The notes below the pieces were generated by a model. The model did not search any database, had not been told where the DNA came from, and was given only the letters and a program-made list of their open reading frames with translations. This document shows positions 28,564 to 38,322 of a DNA stretch of 64,000 nucleotides, piece after piece. The position numbers and the translations under genes were made by a program. Origin of the DNA: an uncultured delta proteobacterium (GTDB taxonomy: Bacteria > Myxococcota_A > Polyangia > Fen-1088). The DNA is taken from NCBI GenBank assembly GCA_963796685.1, contig CAWCMR010000025.1:992001-1056000 (forward strand), given 5' to 3'. Position 1 is the stretch's first letter, and the number at the start of each line of letters is the position of its first letter.

Positions 28564-31071
28564 TCAGGCCTTTCGGCCCGAGCGACGGCGCCGCGTTTGG
28601 GTCATCCAAATACTCGCGAGCACCACCCCCCCAAGGCCGAACAGCACCAGCCCCTGGTAGAAGCTGGACGGTTGATAGGTGAATTTCAGGATCCACGAGC
28701 CCTCGGGAACCACGACCCCGCGCAGGGCATGGTCGGCGCGCAGGATGGGCACGGGCTCGCCGTTCAGGCGGGCGCGCCAGCCCTTGTTCCACCCGTCCGT
28801 GAGCACGACCAACCCCGGCGTTTCCATGGCCAGCGAAAGCGTGACGTCCGAGGGCGTCTCCGCGATGACGGTTGCCCGCCCGCGCGCGTCCTCGGGCAGG
28901 GCCACGGGCGTCTCGACATAGGCCACCGCGCGCGGGTCGAAGTCGGGCGACCCCAGTTTTTCCAGCCGCTCCTTGGCGTCGGGGACACTCTCGACGTGGC
29001 GAGGAACGAAAGCGCGCGGAAGTGCCGACGGATTTCTCAAGGCCCAGTAGTCGGGCGCGACCAGGGGCGGCTTGAAGGCCCCTTGCACGGCGCCGCGGAT
29101 GATCTGGTACTCCACACCGAGCAGGTCGAGGATGGGGGAGAGCTTCACGGTCGAGAGCGTGGGATAGCTGACCTTCGGCTTCAGCCATTCGGTCCGGCCG
29201 TAGACGAAATCGTTCTCCTTGGGCTCGCCAGCGAGCAACAGAAGCTGCACGTAGCGCATCGGATCGACCCCGTCGTAGCCGCGGACGTCGCGCAGCCCGG
29301 CCACTTGCGCGAGGGTCGCGGGTAGGCACTGGAACGCGATGATCCGCCCGGTCGAGGTCTTGGCGATCTTTTCCAGGAGCGGAACCGGGGGGTAGTAGAA
29401 AGCCGGGTCGCCCTGGGCGCTGCGGTCGTGCGCGAACCACAGCATGTCGATGAACATGACCGTGCCCACGAACACGGTCGCCCACGAGCGCCAGGTACGA
29501 AGCCGCGCCAGCAGCAGCCAGCTCGCGCACGCCGCCAGGCCGAGCAGACCACCCACGACATAGAGGTGCGCAAACGTCGACTGAACCCGGCCCACGCCAG
29601 AAGCTTCGTGGATCCAGCGCGCGGCCTTGCCCTCCGTGAACAGGGTCACGATTTCCGTGGCGATGGGCTCGGGCAGATGGCCGGCGCGGTAGAACCACCA
29701 CATCGAAAGGGCCCCCACGAGCGCGGCGGGCACGTAGAACCAGCCACGGCGGCCGCCATCGTCGGGCTCGGCGAGCGAGTCCAATCCCGCGGCGGCCATG
29801 GCCAGGATGGCGAAGGAAGCGGCGAACACCATCCGGTTGTGCGACAGCAGGTTGAGGCCCGGCAGCCTGAGGATCATCACGATGCCCCCGATGTCGAGGC
29901 ACCACGCGAGCGCGACGAAGGTGAGGCTCGTGGCGAACACGGCAAAAGACCGGTAGCGACGGTTGCGCCAAGCCAGAGGCGCCAGGAAAAGCGTCGCGAG
30001 GAGGCCGGCGTAGGCGGCGGACATGCTCTCGATCTCGTAGGGGCCGGGCAAGGGATAGCTGTCCTTGCGCGTACCCCCGTTGGCATCCGGCAACACGAGC
30101 AGCGGCAGGGCCGAAAAATCTCCCGGCACGCGCTCTTCGAACCCGGCGGCGCGCTCCGCGGTTCGCGCGCCGGTCCTCGCATACTCGGCGACGGGCAGCA
30201 CGTAGGGAGCGGCCAGTGAAAAGCCGAGCAACCAGCCTGCGATGACGAGCAGCCCCGCCTTGCGCGCCGGCCGGGTCAAGCACTGCTTGCCGTAGGTCTC
30301 GTAGGCCCGCCACAGCCCATAGAGCCCGCAGACCATGAGCACTTGCGCGGCGATGTCGAGCTGCCGGCTGCACAGCACCGCGCACGTCGCCAAGGCGAGC
30401 CCGGCCATTCCCCGCCAGCCGGGCTTACGAACCACCCCATCGACCGCGAGCACGAGCCAAGGCAGATAGTAGACTGGGGCGCTGGTGGGGAAGCCCAGCC
30501 AGAAGACGAAGAACCCCGTCATGGGATAGCTCCACGCCGTGATGACCGCGGGCCAGAATCGCACCCCGAGGGCCCGGCGACAGAACAAGTAGAAACCGAG
30601 GCCCGCGATGAGCGCGGCCACGAGCTGGTGCCAGGCCAGAACCACCGGCGAAGGGATCGCGGCCAGCAGGATCGACAGGGGCGACAACCACGGCCATTGC
30701 AGCACCGGCTTGCCCGCGTACTGGCCGGGAACCCACAATGGCCACCGGCCGGCCCGAAGCTCCGAAGCCACGAACATGCGCTCGGGCTCGATGACATACG
30801 CCAGATCGGACTGGATGGCGTCGTGGGGAATCAGGTTCACCGTCTCGGGCGTCACCGGGATGTAGACGTCGGACTGGGCGAGCAGGTCTATGGGCAGCAG
30901 GATCTTCGTCCCGATCAGGGACGGCCCGTAGAGGATGACCTGCGACGCGAGGATCCCCGCCAGCAAGATCGCCATTCGCGTGCTCTTCGAGGTTTCGATT
31001 CTGTCGCGGATGGCGTCAGCGGCTGTCGACAACGGGGCGTCTCCTGTTCGAGCCGGGTATCGTATCACCAT
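28564..31071 (-). CDS. YfhO-family GT-C-fold membrane glycosyltransferase
   Basis: SD...P...LRAGRWPLW.P..YAG.P loop; many TMs; GYDG; NPSALPRAF; C-terminal LVVLTD.W.KGWRA.LNG...RADHALRGVVVPEG...F.YQP. Start uncertain; the longer ORF runs through a REP. Confidence 0.82.
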   Translation of the reverse strand: MVIRYPARTGDAPLSTAADAIRDRIETSKSTRMAILLAGILASQVILYGPSLIGTKILLPIDLLAQSDVYIPVTPETVNLIPHDAIQSDLAYVIEPERMFVASELRAGRWPLWVPGQYAGKPVLQWPWLSPLSILLAAIPSPVVLAWHQLVAALIAGLGFYLFCRRALGVRFWPAVITAWSYPMTGFFVFWLGFPTSAPVYYLPWLVLAVDGVVRKPGWRGMAGLALATCAVLCSRQLDIAAQVLMVCGLYGLWRAYETYGKQCLTRPARKAGLLVIAGWLLGFSLAAPYVLPVAEYARTGARTAERAAGFEERVPGDFSALPLLVLPDANGGTRKDSYPLPGPYEIESMSAAYAGLLATLFLAPLAWRNRRYRSFAVFATSLTFVALAWCLDIGGIVMILRLPGLNLLSHNRMVFAASFAILAMAAAGLDSLAEPDDGGRRGWFYVPAALVGALSMWWFYRAGHLPEPIATEIVTLFTEGKAARWIHEASGVGRVQSTFAHLYVVGGLLGLAACASWLLLARLRTWRSWATVFVGTVMFIDMLWFAHDRSAQGDPAFYYPPVPLLEKIAKTSTGRIIAFQCLPATLAQVAGLRDVRGYDGVDPMRYVQLLLLAGEPKENDFVYGRTEWLKPKVSYPTLSTVKLSPILDLLGVEYQIIRGAVQGAFKPPLVAPDYWALRNPSALPRAFVPRHVESVPDAKERLEKLGSPDFDPRAVAYVETPVALPEDARGRATVIAETPSDVTLSLAMETPGLVVLTDGWNKGWRARLNGEPVPILRADHALRGVVVPEGSWILKFTYQPSSFYQGLVLFGLGGVVLASIWMTQTRRRRSGRKA

Positions 31072-31092
31072 CGCCCCGCGGCGTCCCGAACA

Positions 31093-31324
31093 CCCCCTCG
31101 CCCCGCGCAGCGAAGCGGGAAGAGGGTTGGGGTGAGGGGCAGCCCTTTCAAGGTGTTCGCTGGGGCCCAGATCCTCGCCTCTCCCCGACGGTCCCCGACG
31201 GGGAGAGGCCGACGACGTCTGCGTCGGCGGGTGAGGGGGCACTCGCGAAAGGGCGACTTCTTCTGCCCCTCACCCGCCGCGCTTCGCGCGGCGCCCTCTC
31301 CCCGCGTGACCGCGGGGCGAGGGG
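31093..31324. repeat. Cluster of REP-like palindromes (CCCCTCACCC...CTCTCCCC/GGGGAGAGGG...GGGTGAGGGG family)
   Basis: Three hairpin units in the divergent intergenic region; same family at 40.8, 54.2, 57.3 and 62.8 kb. Confidence 0.8.
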
Positions 31325-31465
31325 ATGTGGCCGCTGCGCGACCTCGGAGCTCCCCCGCGTGCCGCTCGCAGGCCGGGCACACGGCTGGCGGCTCGCGCGA
31401 GCCACCCACGCCAACCACGACACGTGCTCCCGCACGACCGTCGCTGCGGCTTGCCCAACTCTTCC

Positions 31466-33208
31466 ATGATAGAGTCCGCCCCCGAAATGACCGCTGCCTC
31501 GCCGAGAGAGAAGACCTTCTGGACCCCTCAGAACATCGTTCTGGTTCTCCTGCCGGTGCTGTCGCTCACCCTGCTCCTCGGTAACGGCAAGTACGTCGAG
31601 CCGATGTTCATTCACGCGACGTATTACCTGATGCTGCTCTTGGTGGCTTCCTGGGCGACGGTCTACCTGCTCTCGGCGCGTAACCTGACCAAGGCCACGG
31701 CCTGGGAATGGGTGAAGGAGAACCGGGCCGGCATCCTCACCGCGGCGGTGGTCACCGTCATCACCGCGCTCGCGGTGCACCCGGCCTTGCGCATCCTCGC
31801 CGACGAAACCAACCTGCTCGGGACCTCGAAGAACTTCTTCCATCAGAAGACGGCGACCTTCACCGTGTCGGGCAAGTACTACTACGACGCCTTCTGGGAC
31901 GCCGGCGTGGTCATCGACCGCCGTCCCTCGCTCTTCCCCTTCCTGGTCAGCCTGATCCACGTCGTGCGCGGCTACAGCTACACCAACGTCTTCCTTTTCA
32001 ATCTGCTGGTGCTGCCGTTCTTCGTGCTCGTCTCCTATCGCCTGGCCAAGTCGCTGGGCGGTGAGACCTTCGGCGTGGCCGCTGCCCTGCTGGTCTCGGC
32101 CCATCCCATCACCCTCATCTGCGTGCGCTCGGGCGGTTTCGATTTCTTCACGGCGTTCTTCTCCGTCCTCGTGGTCAAGAGCTTCCTCGACCACTGCCGC
32201 GCCCCCTCCGCCGACCGCCTGGCCGTGTTGTGGATGAACCTGTGCATGTTCGCGGAGATCCGCTACGAGACGGGGCTATTCATCGCACCGGTGGTCTTCT
32301 TTCTCCTGGTCTTCCGCCTGGCAAAGCTTTCGTATCTGCGCCCCTACCGCGTGATCTACGCGCTCACGCCCGCCTTTCTCTTGCCCCGGATCTGGCAGGC
32401 CATCCTGCGCGGGAACGTGCCCGAGCAGGATCCCGGCGCCGTCCCATTCAGCGTCGGCCATCTCATCACCAACACGGTCGTGTACTTCAAGACCATCGCC
32501 ACACCGTTCGACAACCGTACCTCGCACGCCGCGTTCGTCATCGCCCTCGGGGTCATCGGCCTCATCCTCGCCACGCGCTGGATGGTCAAGCGCCTGCTGC
32601 CGCCCGATCGTCCGGTTCCCGAGCTCCAGTTCTCCGCCCTGGTGGTGGGCTGGATGGTCCTCCAGCTCATCATCGTCTTCACCTATGTCTGGGGAAGGCC
32701 CGAGCATCCGGCTTCCGCGCGGCTCATCATCGTCATCGACACCTTCTTCTCCTTTCTTGCCGCATGGGCGGTGGCGGGGACCCTGGGGCGCCTCAAGCCG
32801 GTCTTGTCCACCATCGTTTGCGTGGCGCTTTTCGCCATGTACGTTCCCATCGCGGCCCAGAGCCGCCTCATCAACGAGCTGACCCTCACCCGGGAGGCCG
32901 CCACGACCTGGCGATTCTTCGAAAGCCTGCACGAGAACCGCATTCTCATTGTCACGGAGCGGCCGGGGCTGTTCACGGTCATGAACTACGGCTCCGTCGA
33001 TTTCGAGGAGGCCAAGCGCGACCCCAGCGTGCTCGAGGGTCTGGCGCGCCACCTCTACTACGACATCTACCTCGTGCAGCAGGTCGACCTTGCCACGAAC
33101 AAGGTCATGCCCCAATACGAGATCTGGCCCGGGCGAGCGAGCATCCCCATGCTCGAGTTCCAGAACGACGCCAACGCCACCGTGCGCATCTCACGCCTGG
33201 TGCACTGA
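31466..33208 (+). CDS. Polytopic membrane protein, GT-C-fold glycosyltransferase-like (GT39/PMT_2-like)
   Basis: ILADE acidic pair after an N-terminal TM, RPSLFPFL, IRYE motif, more than 10 TMs, soluble C-terminal domain. Confidence 0.65.
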   Translation: MIESAPEMTAASPREKTFWTPQNIVLVLLPVLSLTLLLGNGKYVEPMFIHATYYLMLLLVASWATVYLLSARNLTKATAWEWVKENRAGILTAAVVTVITALAVHPALRILADETNLLGTSKNFFHQKTATFTVSGKYYYDAFWDAGVVIDRRPSLFPFLVSLIHVVRGYSYTNVFLFNLLVLPFFVLVSYRLAKSLGGETFGVAAALLVSAHPITLICVRSGGFDFFTAFFSVLVVKSFLDHCRAPSADRLAVLWMNLCMFAEIRYETGLFIAPVVFFLLVFRLAKLSYLRPYRVIYALTPAFLLPRIWQAILRGNVPEQDPGAVPFSVGHLITNTVVYFKTIATPFDNRTSHAAFVIALGVIGLILATRWMVKRLLPPDRPVPELQFSALVVGWMVLQLIIVFTYVWGRPEHPASARLIIVIDTFFSFLAAWAVAGTLGRLKPVLSTIVCVALFAMYVPIAAQSRLINELTLTREAATTWRFFESLHENRILIVTERPGLFTVMNYGSVDFEEAKRDPSVLEGLARHLYYDIYLVQQVDLATNKVMPQYEIWPGRASIPMLEFQNDANATVRISRLVH

Positions 33209-33246
33209 GACTAAGGGCTCGAACGCCCGCGGTTCATTCGACCGGG

Positions 33247-35334
33247 TCAGTTTCGACTGGCGTCGGGGTTGTTGACGGCGAGCCACGCGATGACGTTTTC
33301 CCAGAATGCCGCAGCCTGGTAGGGAGGCGGCGAAGCGCAGGTGGCGGGCTGGGGAATGTCGTAGGTGTCCGGTGTCGAGGTACTCCACAGCGTGTTGTAG
33401 GTCAGCCATTCATCACCCCACGCGACCACACGGCCACCGAGGGCGCCCCCAATGTCCTCTGCCGTGTAGCCGACGTATTGCCAATTCGTCGGCGTCGCAA
33501 TACTGCTCCAGTTGCACGCGGCCGGTGGGCCGGCGTTGCACCGGTTGCTGGTTTGAATCGGTCGCGGGCATTGCACGTTCGCACTGACCTTCGGGGGCGG
33601 CGGACTCGGAGACATCAAGGGGATCACCGTCACTATCGGAACGGCACCTCGGATTTCCAGGCGGTTCACCGGCGTCACGAAGCCAAACGGAGGGCTGCTG
33701 GTCGAAAAGTCGTCCCCACCCGGGCAAGGGATGCCGGCCACGTTCGCGCACAAGTCGACACCGTTGGGATTTTCGAGCGACTTGACTACGGTCCCGGTAT
33801 CCAAGCCGTTGGTGGTTTCGTAGGCAAGGCCGATTTGCCTGAGAATCGCGTTGGCGTTTTTCACCTGCGGGGCGTCGTAGTAGTAGCCCATGGTCGTCAC
33901 GAGCCCGTTGCCTTTCTGCAGCCAGTCGGTGATGACCGCGACCTCGGCCGCGGTCAGAGCCGGCTGGTTCCCCACCATGTAGGAGGTGCTGCCCGTGGGG
34001 CACTTGGTGCAATCCCCCCCAGGGCACGCCTGGGGAAACCCAGCGGCGTTGCCGTAGCACCAGTGTCCGCCCCCGTTGCTACAGCCAGTGGTGAAGTGGC
34101 TGACACAGCCCCAGCGATCGACGTTGGAGTGATAGATGTCGAGCACGATGAGCACGTTGTAGGGATCGAGGTCTTCCTTCTTGAGTTGACCGTTACCGAA
34201 GTTGATGATGCTCCCGATGGGCTGGCAACCTCCGAAGTTCTGATCCAACCACGCACGGAACATGGCCGAGCCGCTGTCGTTCGTGCTGGGAGATACGTAG
34301 GAGTTCCAGACGCCCCATACACCCATGGTGGCGACTCTCGCGCCATGGAAATTCTTACAGCCGCTGGTGCCGCCCGTGCCGCCGCCCCCCGTGCCACCAC
34401 CACCCGTGCCACCACCCGCGCCGCCAACGCCACCGGCCGCGCCCGTGCCAGGCATGGTACCGAATACGCCCCCATTGCCGTCCCCGCCGGCGCCGCCGAC
34501 CGCGCCACCGGCCCCGCTGCCCGAGGCACCACCGTTCGACGAAGGCCCAGGGCTGGTGACCACGAGGCCATTCTGAACCGAGGAGTTGTCGTCGCAACCA
34601 TTGGCCCCGGAAGCGCACAGGGCCGACAGGGGGGCCCCGGTGCCAAGGCCCGCGCCGCGGCTGGGGGACATGGTCACTTCCAGGACGACGCGTGTCCTGC
34701 CATCCGAGGCCACGCCCTCCGACCGGACGACGACCACATTGTTGGGCGGCACCCCCGCGGGCGGAGGCGTCGCGCAGGACTCCACGCCAACCACCACGCC
34801 ACCGTCCACGCCGCCGCCAGGCGCGGTGTCGCAGGTGAAATTGCCCATGCGGCAGTCCCTCATGTCCTGCCGGATGTACACCGTGTACTTTCCCATGGTC
34901 GAGCTGACGAACGCGGCCCCGCCCGTGCCAGGCAGATCGCCGCTGCGATTCAACGCCGGGTAGTCGATGTCGACCAGGGGCGTTCCATTCTCCCGGAGGA
35001 TGGCGCCACGGCGCTCGCCCTCGCACTGATCGGTGTTCTGAATGGGATCGTCGGCCGGATTGCTGACCGTGGGAGCAAGCAGGGCGGGCATGTTCGGCGT
35101 CAGAGCCGGATTGTTGAGAATGGCCCGCCCGCGCTCGATGCCCGCCTCGGCGACCACCAGGGCCTGGTTGCGCAGATTGATGTTGGAATTCATCTGGATG
35201 CTGCCGCCGGTGAGAAACAAGCCGGTCATCCCCAATCCGAGGAGTGCGATCATGACGATGAGGACGACCATGAGGATCGCGCCTCGATCCCTGTTGCGCT
35301 GGCGACTGCTGTTGTCTGCGATGGCGGTGTTCAT
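33247..35334 (-). CDS. pilX: PilX-like minor pilin with long C-terminal extension
   Basis: RGAILMVVLIVMIALLGLG...N.R.QALVVAEAGIE PilX_N; VVVRSEG; Gly linker; extra domain with W.QKGNGL and GGRVVAWGDEW. Confidence 0.8.
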   Translation of the reverse strand: MNTAIADNSSRQRNRDRGAILMVVLIVMIALLGLGMTGLFLTGGSIQMNSNINLRNQALVVAEAGIERGRAILNNPALTPNMPALLAPTVSNPADDPIQNTDQCEGERRGAILRENGTPLVDIDYPALNRSGDLPGTGGAAFVSSTMGKYTVYIRQDMRDCRMGNFTCDTAPGGGVDGGVVVGVESCATPPPAGVPPNNVVVVRSEGVASDGRTRVVLEVTMSPSRGAGLGTGAPLSALCASGANGCDDNSSVQNGLVVTSPGPSSNGGASGSGAGGAVGGAGGDGNGGVFGTMPGTGAAGGVGGAGGGTGGGGTGGGGTGGTSGCKNFHGARVATMGVWGVWNSYVSPSTNDSGSAMFRAWLDQNFGGCQPIGSIINFGNGQLKKEDLDPYNVLIVLDIYHSNVDRWGCVSHFTTGCSNGGGHWCYGNAAGFPQACPGGDCTKCPTGSTSYMVGNQPALTAAEVAVITDWLQKGNGLVTTMGYYYDAPQVKNANAILRQIGLAYETTNGLDTGTVVKSLENPNGVDLCANVAGIPCPGGDDFSTSSPPFGFVTPVNRLEIRGAVPIVTVIPLMSPSPPPPKVSANVQCPRPIQTSNRCNAGPPAACNWSSIATPTNWQYVGYTAEDIGGALGGRVVAWGDEWLTYNTLWSTSTPDTYDIPQPATCASPPPYQAAAFWENVIAWLAVNNPDASRN

Positions 35335-35361
35335 GGTGACTCTCCTCGAATCCAGGGCGGA

Positions 35362-36714
35362 TCACTGAGGCTTGTTGTTGCGCGGGTAGACGGTCGTGCT
35401 GAGCACGCGACGGCGGAAGGCGTCCGTGGGCCGCGGCGAGGCCTGACGGTGGTCCTCGATATCGATGGGCCCGTTGCCCGAGATGGAGGCGATCAAGTCA
35501 TCGGGGGCAAGGGAGCGAGCGACCATGGTGAGGCGGACCCCGGTGGGCAAATTGCAGAAGCCGTCGGTCCCCGCGGCTGGCAAGACGTCCCCGGGCACGT
35601 TGTTCCACCATTCGTCGGTCGTGCGAGCTGCGTCGTTGGTGTGGCCGGCGTTGTCGACACCCTCGTTCAAGGTTCCGTCCATGGCGGTCAGGTCGTGCGC
35701 CGCGAGGGTGCCGGTGTCGCAGGCGAAGGACACCTGCAGATCCTCGATGCCCTCGGCGAGAGGCTGCGGTGTAGCGGCATCGCCGGCGAACTGCCGCTGC
35801 ATCATCATCAACTTCGGGATGCCGTTCGCGCCCTCCTGCTGGATGAAGAAGCTGACCCACGTGAGCGCGCCGAAGTTGCGCGCGCCCGCCACTCCCGAAT
35901 CGTAGGCGGTGCTTAGGGAGGATCCGGTCGCTGGGTCGACGGGAAGGAACAAGGGTTTGATATCGCCGGTCGGGTTCCAGATGCTGCCGGAGCTACCGCT
36001 CAGATGAGGCAGGGCTGCAGCCTGCACGGTGGGCGTGACTTGGAACAAGGCGCAGCCGCGGTCGGCCGTCGGATTGGCCCCATAGCCCCAATCGTTGAGC
36101 GTGAGCAGGAGCACGAATTCCCACGGGCGGAACATGCTCCCCGTGCTGACGCCGGCCAACGGGATGGGAACGCCCGGGTCGGTCGTGGTCAGGCCGGCGA
36201 GCTCGATGTCGTAGTCGGTGCCCGACGTGCGGTTGCCGAACGCGACGGTGATGATGTCGGTACCGGCGAGAACGTGCAGAGCGGCGTCGGTCGTGGAGGT
36301 GGCGGGGTCGTTGTTGACGATCCACAGCGGCGGGATCCACTGCACGCCGCTGGTGGCGGGATCGAACGCGCGCACCCCGGTTTGCGGCCGCGTGTCCAGA
36401 TTGTTGGTCAAGGGCCCGGGGCTGGGGTACGTGCTCTTGATCCGCGATCCATTCGCAGCCGCCGCATCGGCGTAGCTTGCGGGCCTCACGCATCCGTACA
36501 TGCCGGTTCCCGCCCCGCGGGTGTAGCGGGCCAAGACTTCCATGGCGGCCCACAGGTTCTGCTGGATGTTGAGCACCTTGGTCTGGGTCTCGTAGATGCG
36601 CTGCTGGCCGGCGAAGAACATGAAGGTGGAGGCCGCGATGATCGAGGAGATGATCAGGGTGATCATGATCTCGACCAGGGTCATGCCTCTGTCCGGCCTC
36701 CATCTGGCGATCAC
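35362..36714 (-). CDS. pilW: PilW-like minor pilin
   Basis: RG|MTLVEIMI prepilin site; QQNLWAAME; LAEGIEDLQV; RRRVLSTTVYPRN end; GTG start overlaps the pilV stop. Confidence 0.85.
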   Translation of the reverse strand: MIARWRPDRGMTLVEIMITLIISSIIAASTFMFFAGQQRIYETQTKVLNIQQNLWAAMEVLARYTRGAGTGMYGCVRPASYADAAAANGSRIKSTYPSPGPLTNNLDTRPQTGVRAFDPATSGVQWIPPLWIVNNDPATSTTDAALHVLAGTDIITVAFGNRTSGTDYDIELAGLTTTDPGVPIPLAGVSTGSMFRPWEFVLLLTLNDWGYGANPTADRGCALFQVTPTVQAAALPHLSGSSGSIWNPTGDIKPLFLPVDPATGSSLSTAYDSGVAGARNFGALTWVSFFIQQEGANGIPKLMMMQRQFAGDAATPQPLAEGIEDLQVSFACDTGTLAAHDLTAMDGTLNEGVDNAGHTNDAARTTDEWWNNVPGDVLPAAGTDGFCNLPTGVRLTMVARSLAPDDLIASISGNGPIDIEDHRQASPRPTDAFRRRVLSTTVYPRNNKPQ

Positions 36715-37226
36715 CACGACTTCCTCCGCTCGAGATCCAGGCGGGTCGTCTTGGTTACCCCGACATCGTTGTTGTAGCTCACGATGACCGACACGACGTA
36801 GGGCAAGGTCGCACCAAGATCCACGACCTTCCACTGCCGGCGCCAGCGGTAGGCCGAGAGGTCGGCGGCCACGGGAGTCTTGGGCGTGCCGTCGACCTCG
36901 CACAGACAGGCACCCTCGGCATCGACGTACTCGGGAAGCGGCGTGGTCCCGTCGGCGCCCTTGGGCCACCAATTGTTGAACAGGGAAAGTGGTTTCAGCC
37001 CCATCGCCGTGTCAACAGGCTCCGTCACGGTGTTCCGGCTGGACAGCTCATCGAGCTTCTGCGAGGCCAGGCGCATGGCGACGGCGGCGTCGTTGGCGCT
37101 CTTCGAGGCGCTGATGATGGACTGCTGAACCGCGAGCGTGCCCATCAGGCCGATGGTGCCGATGAGCATGGCGATCATGACCTCGAGCAGCGTGAAACCC
37201 GATTCGCGCTTCATGTCTGTGTCCAC
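36711..37226 (-). CDS. pilV: PilV-like minor pilin
   Basis: SG|FTLLEVMIAM prepilin site; A..LASQKLDEL; YRWRRQW. Confidence 0.85.
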   Translation of the reverse strand: MDTDMKRESGFTLLEVMIAMLIGTIGLMGTLAVQQSIISASKSANDAAVAMRLASQKLDELSSRNTVTEPVDTAMGLKPLSLFNNWWPKGADGTTPLPEYVDAEGACLCEVDGTPKTPVAADLSAYRWRRQWKVVDLGATLPYVVSVIVSYNNDVGVTKTTRLDLERRKSW

Positions 37227-37317
37227 AGCTTGGCGTGGATGACCACCCCGAGTCCGGTCAGGGTGAGATGCGCGATGCTATGACGGACGGTCGCCATGGT
37301 CCTCCGGGATGTATGCC

Positions 37318-37334
37318 TGCAAACGTGCGGCCAG
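37318..37334 (-). promoter_or_regulatory. Candidate sigma54 -24/-12 promoter of pilVWX
   Basis: Minus strand CTGGCCGCACGTTTGCA (GG-N10-GC); same TGGCCGC start as the pilY1 site. Confidence 0.5.
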
Positions 37335-37491
37335 CCGAGATCACTGGAATTTCTGCCCTGATCATAGAGCATGCACCGGCAGCACTAGGAAAACATTTCA
37401 TGGGGCCATTTCATGGCGCGCAAATGGGTGCGTGCTCCGAGGTAGGAGAAGACCCACAAAGTGAGCGCATTCCGCAGGAGGGGAGGCAGCT

Positions 37492-38322
37492 TCAATCCGC
37501 CTCCACTTCGGCCAGGCCGCCTCCTGTCTTGAAGTAGGAGAGCACCTCGATGCGCAGGTGGGTCACGCAATCCGCGCGCAAGTCGAAATCGAGGGGGGAT
37601 CGCCCGGCCACGATCCCGGCAAAGCGCCCCTCCGCCGAGGCAGCGGCCTGATACTGGCAATACAAAGTGACCCGCACGCGCTCGCAGCCACGATCCTGGT
37701 AGTAGACGTTGTGCGCATTCAGGAGGCGAACGTGGCGGACCGTGCGCGGCGAGGGAAAGTGGACTTCCAGCCAACCGGGCGTGCCATCGGGCAAAAGCCA
37801 TTCGGTGGCCTCCGAACCGTCGATGGCGTTGGCAGCGGCGTGCTTCGATGAATAGACGGCCGAGGCCGTGGCAAAGGGCCGCCCCCACAGGCACCACATG
37901 ACCACCGCCATCGACACGAGCGCGGCGCCGGCCGCCACGGCCGCCAGCAAGCGAACCCGTGGCCGCGCGAACGGCGGGTCCAGATGCCAAACCGTGAAGC
38001 GATAGAGGCGTTCGATCTCTCCCCAAGTTGCTTCGGCTGCGACGGGTGCTCCCGGTCGCGCCGCGAGCACGGCGCGAAGGCGCTCGACGCGCGGATAGCC
38101 GGCGCGTTCGAGGGCCGTGAAGGCACCCGCATCTTGGTCCCCCGACTCGTCGTCGGCAAGGGCATCTGCACCGCGCTCGGGAACCCAGGCCGCGAGAAGA
38201 ACCTCCAGCGCCTTGGTGAAATACGCATGACATTCGGGCAAGAGGTCTTCGCGAAAGAGCGCACGACCGCAGTCGAGCGCGCGCCGCGCCTCCTTGGTGG
38301 CCCGGGCCAAGGCCAAGCTCAT
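37492..38322 (-). CDS. Single-TM protein with C-terminal discoidin (F5/8 type C)-like domain
   Basis: ATASA.Y...AANAIDG...TEWLL...WLEV.F...VRL.N; ATG overlaps the upstream stop (ATGA). Confidence 0.7.
   Translation of the reverse strand: MSLALARATKEARRALDCGRALFREDLLPECHAYFTKALEVLLAAWVPERGADALADDESGDQDAGAFTALERAGYPRVERLRAVLAARPGAPVAAEATWGEIERLYRFTVWHLDPPFARPRVRLLAAVAAGAALVSMAVVMWCLWGRPFATASAVYSSKHAAANAIDGSEATEWLLPDGTPGWLEVHFPSPRTVRHVRLLNAHNVYYQDRGCERVRVTLYCQYQAAASAEGRFAGIVAGRSPLDFDLRADCVTHLRIEVLSYFKTGGGLAEVEAD

Noticed and set aside
31072-31465. N-terminal extensions of the 892-aa and 627-aa ORFs (PHPNPLP...)
   Set aside because: Largely translation through REP palindromes and intergenic DNA; downstream ATGs fit better. 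The same applies to the leuB extension and ORFs at 62769-63158.
32230-35916. 1228-aa plus-strand ORF, and similar long ORFs such as 52026-54329, 38752-40710, 28508-30385 and 14983-16740
   Set aside because: Alternative-frame or antisense overlaps of well-supported genes, with no recognisable domains.
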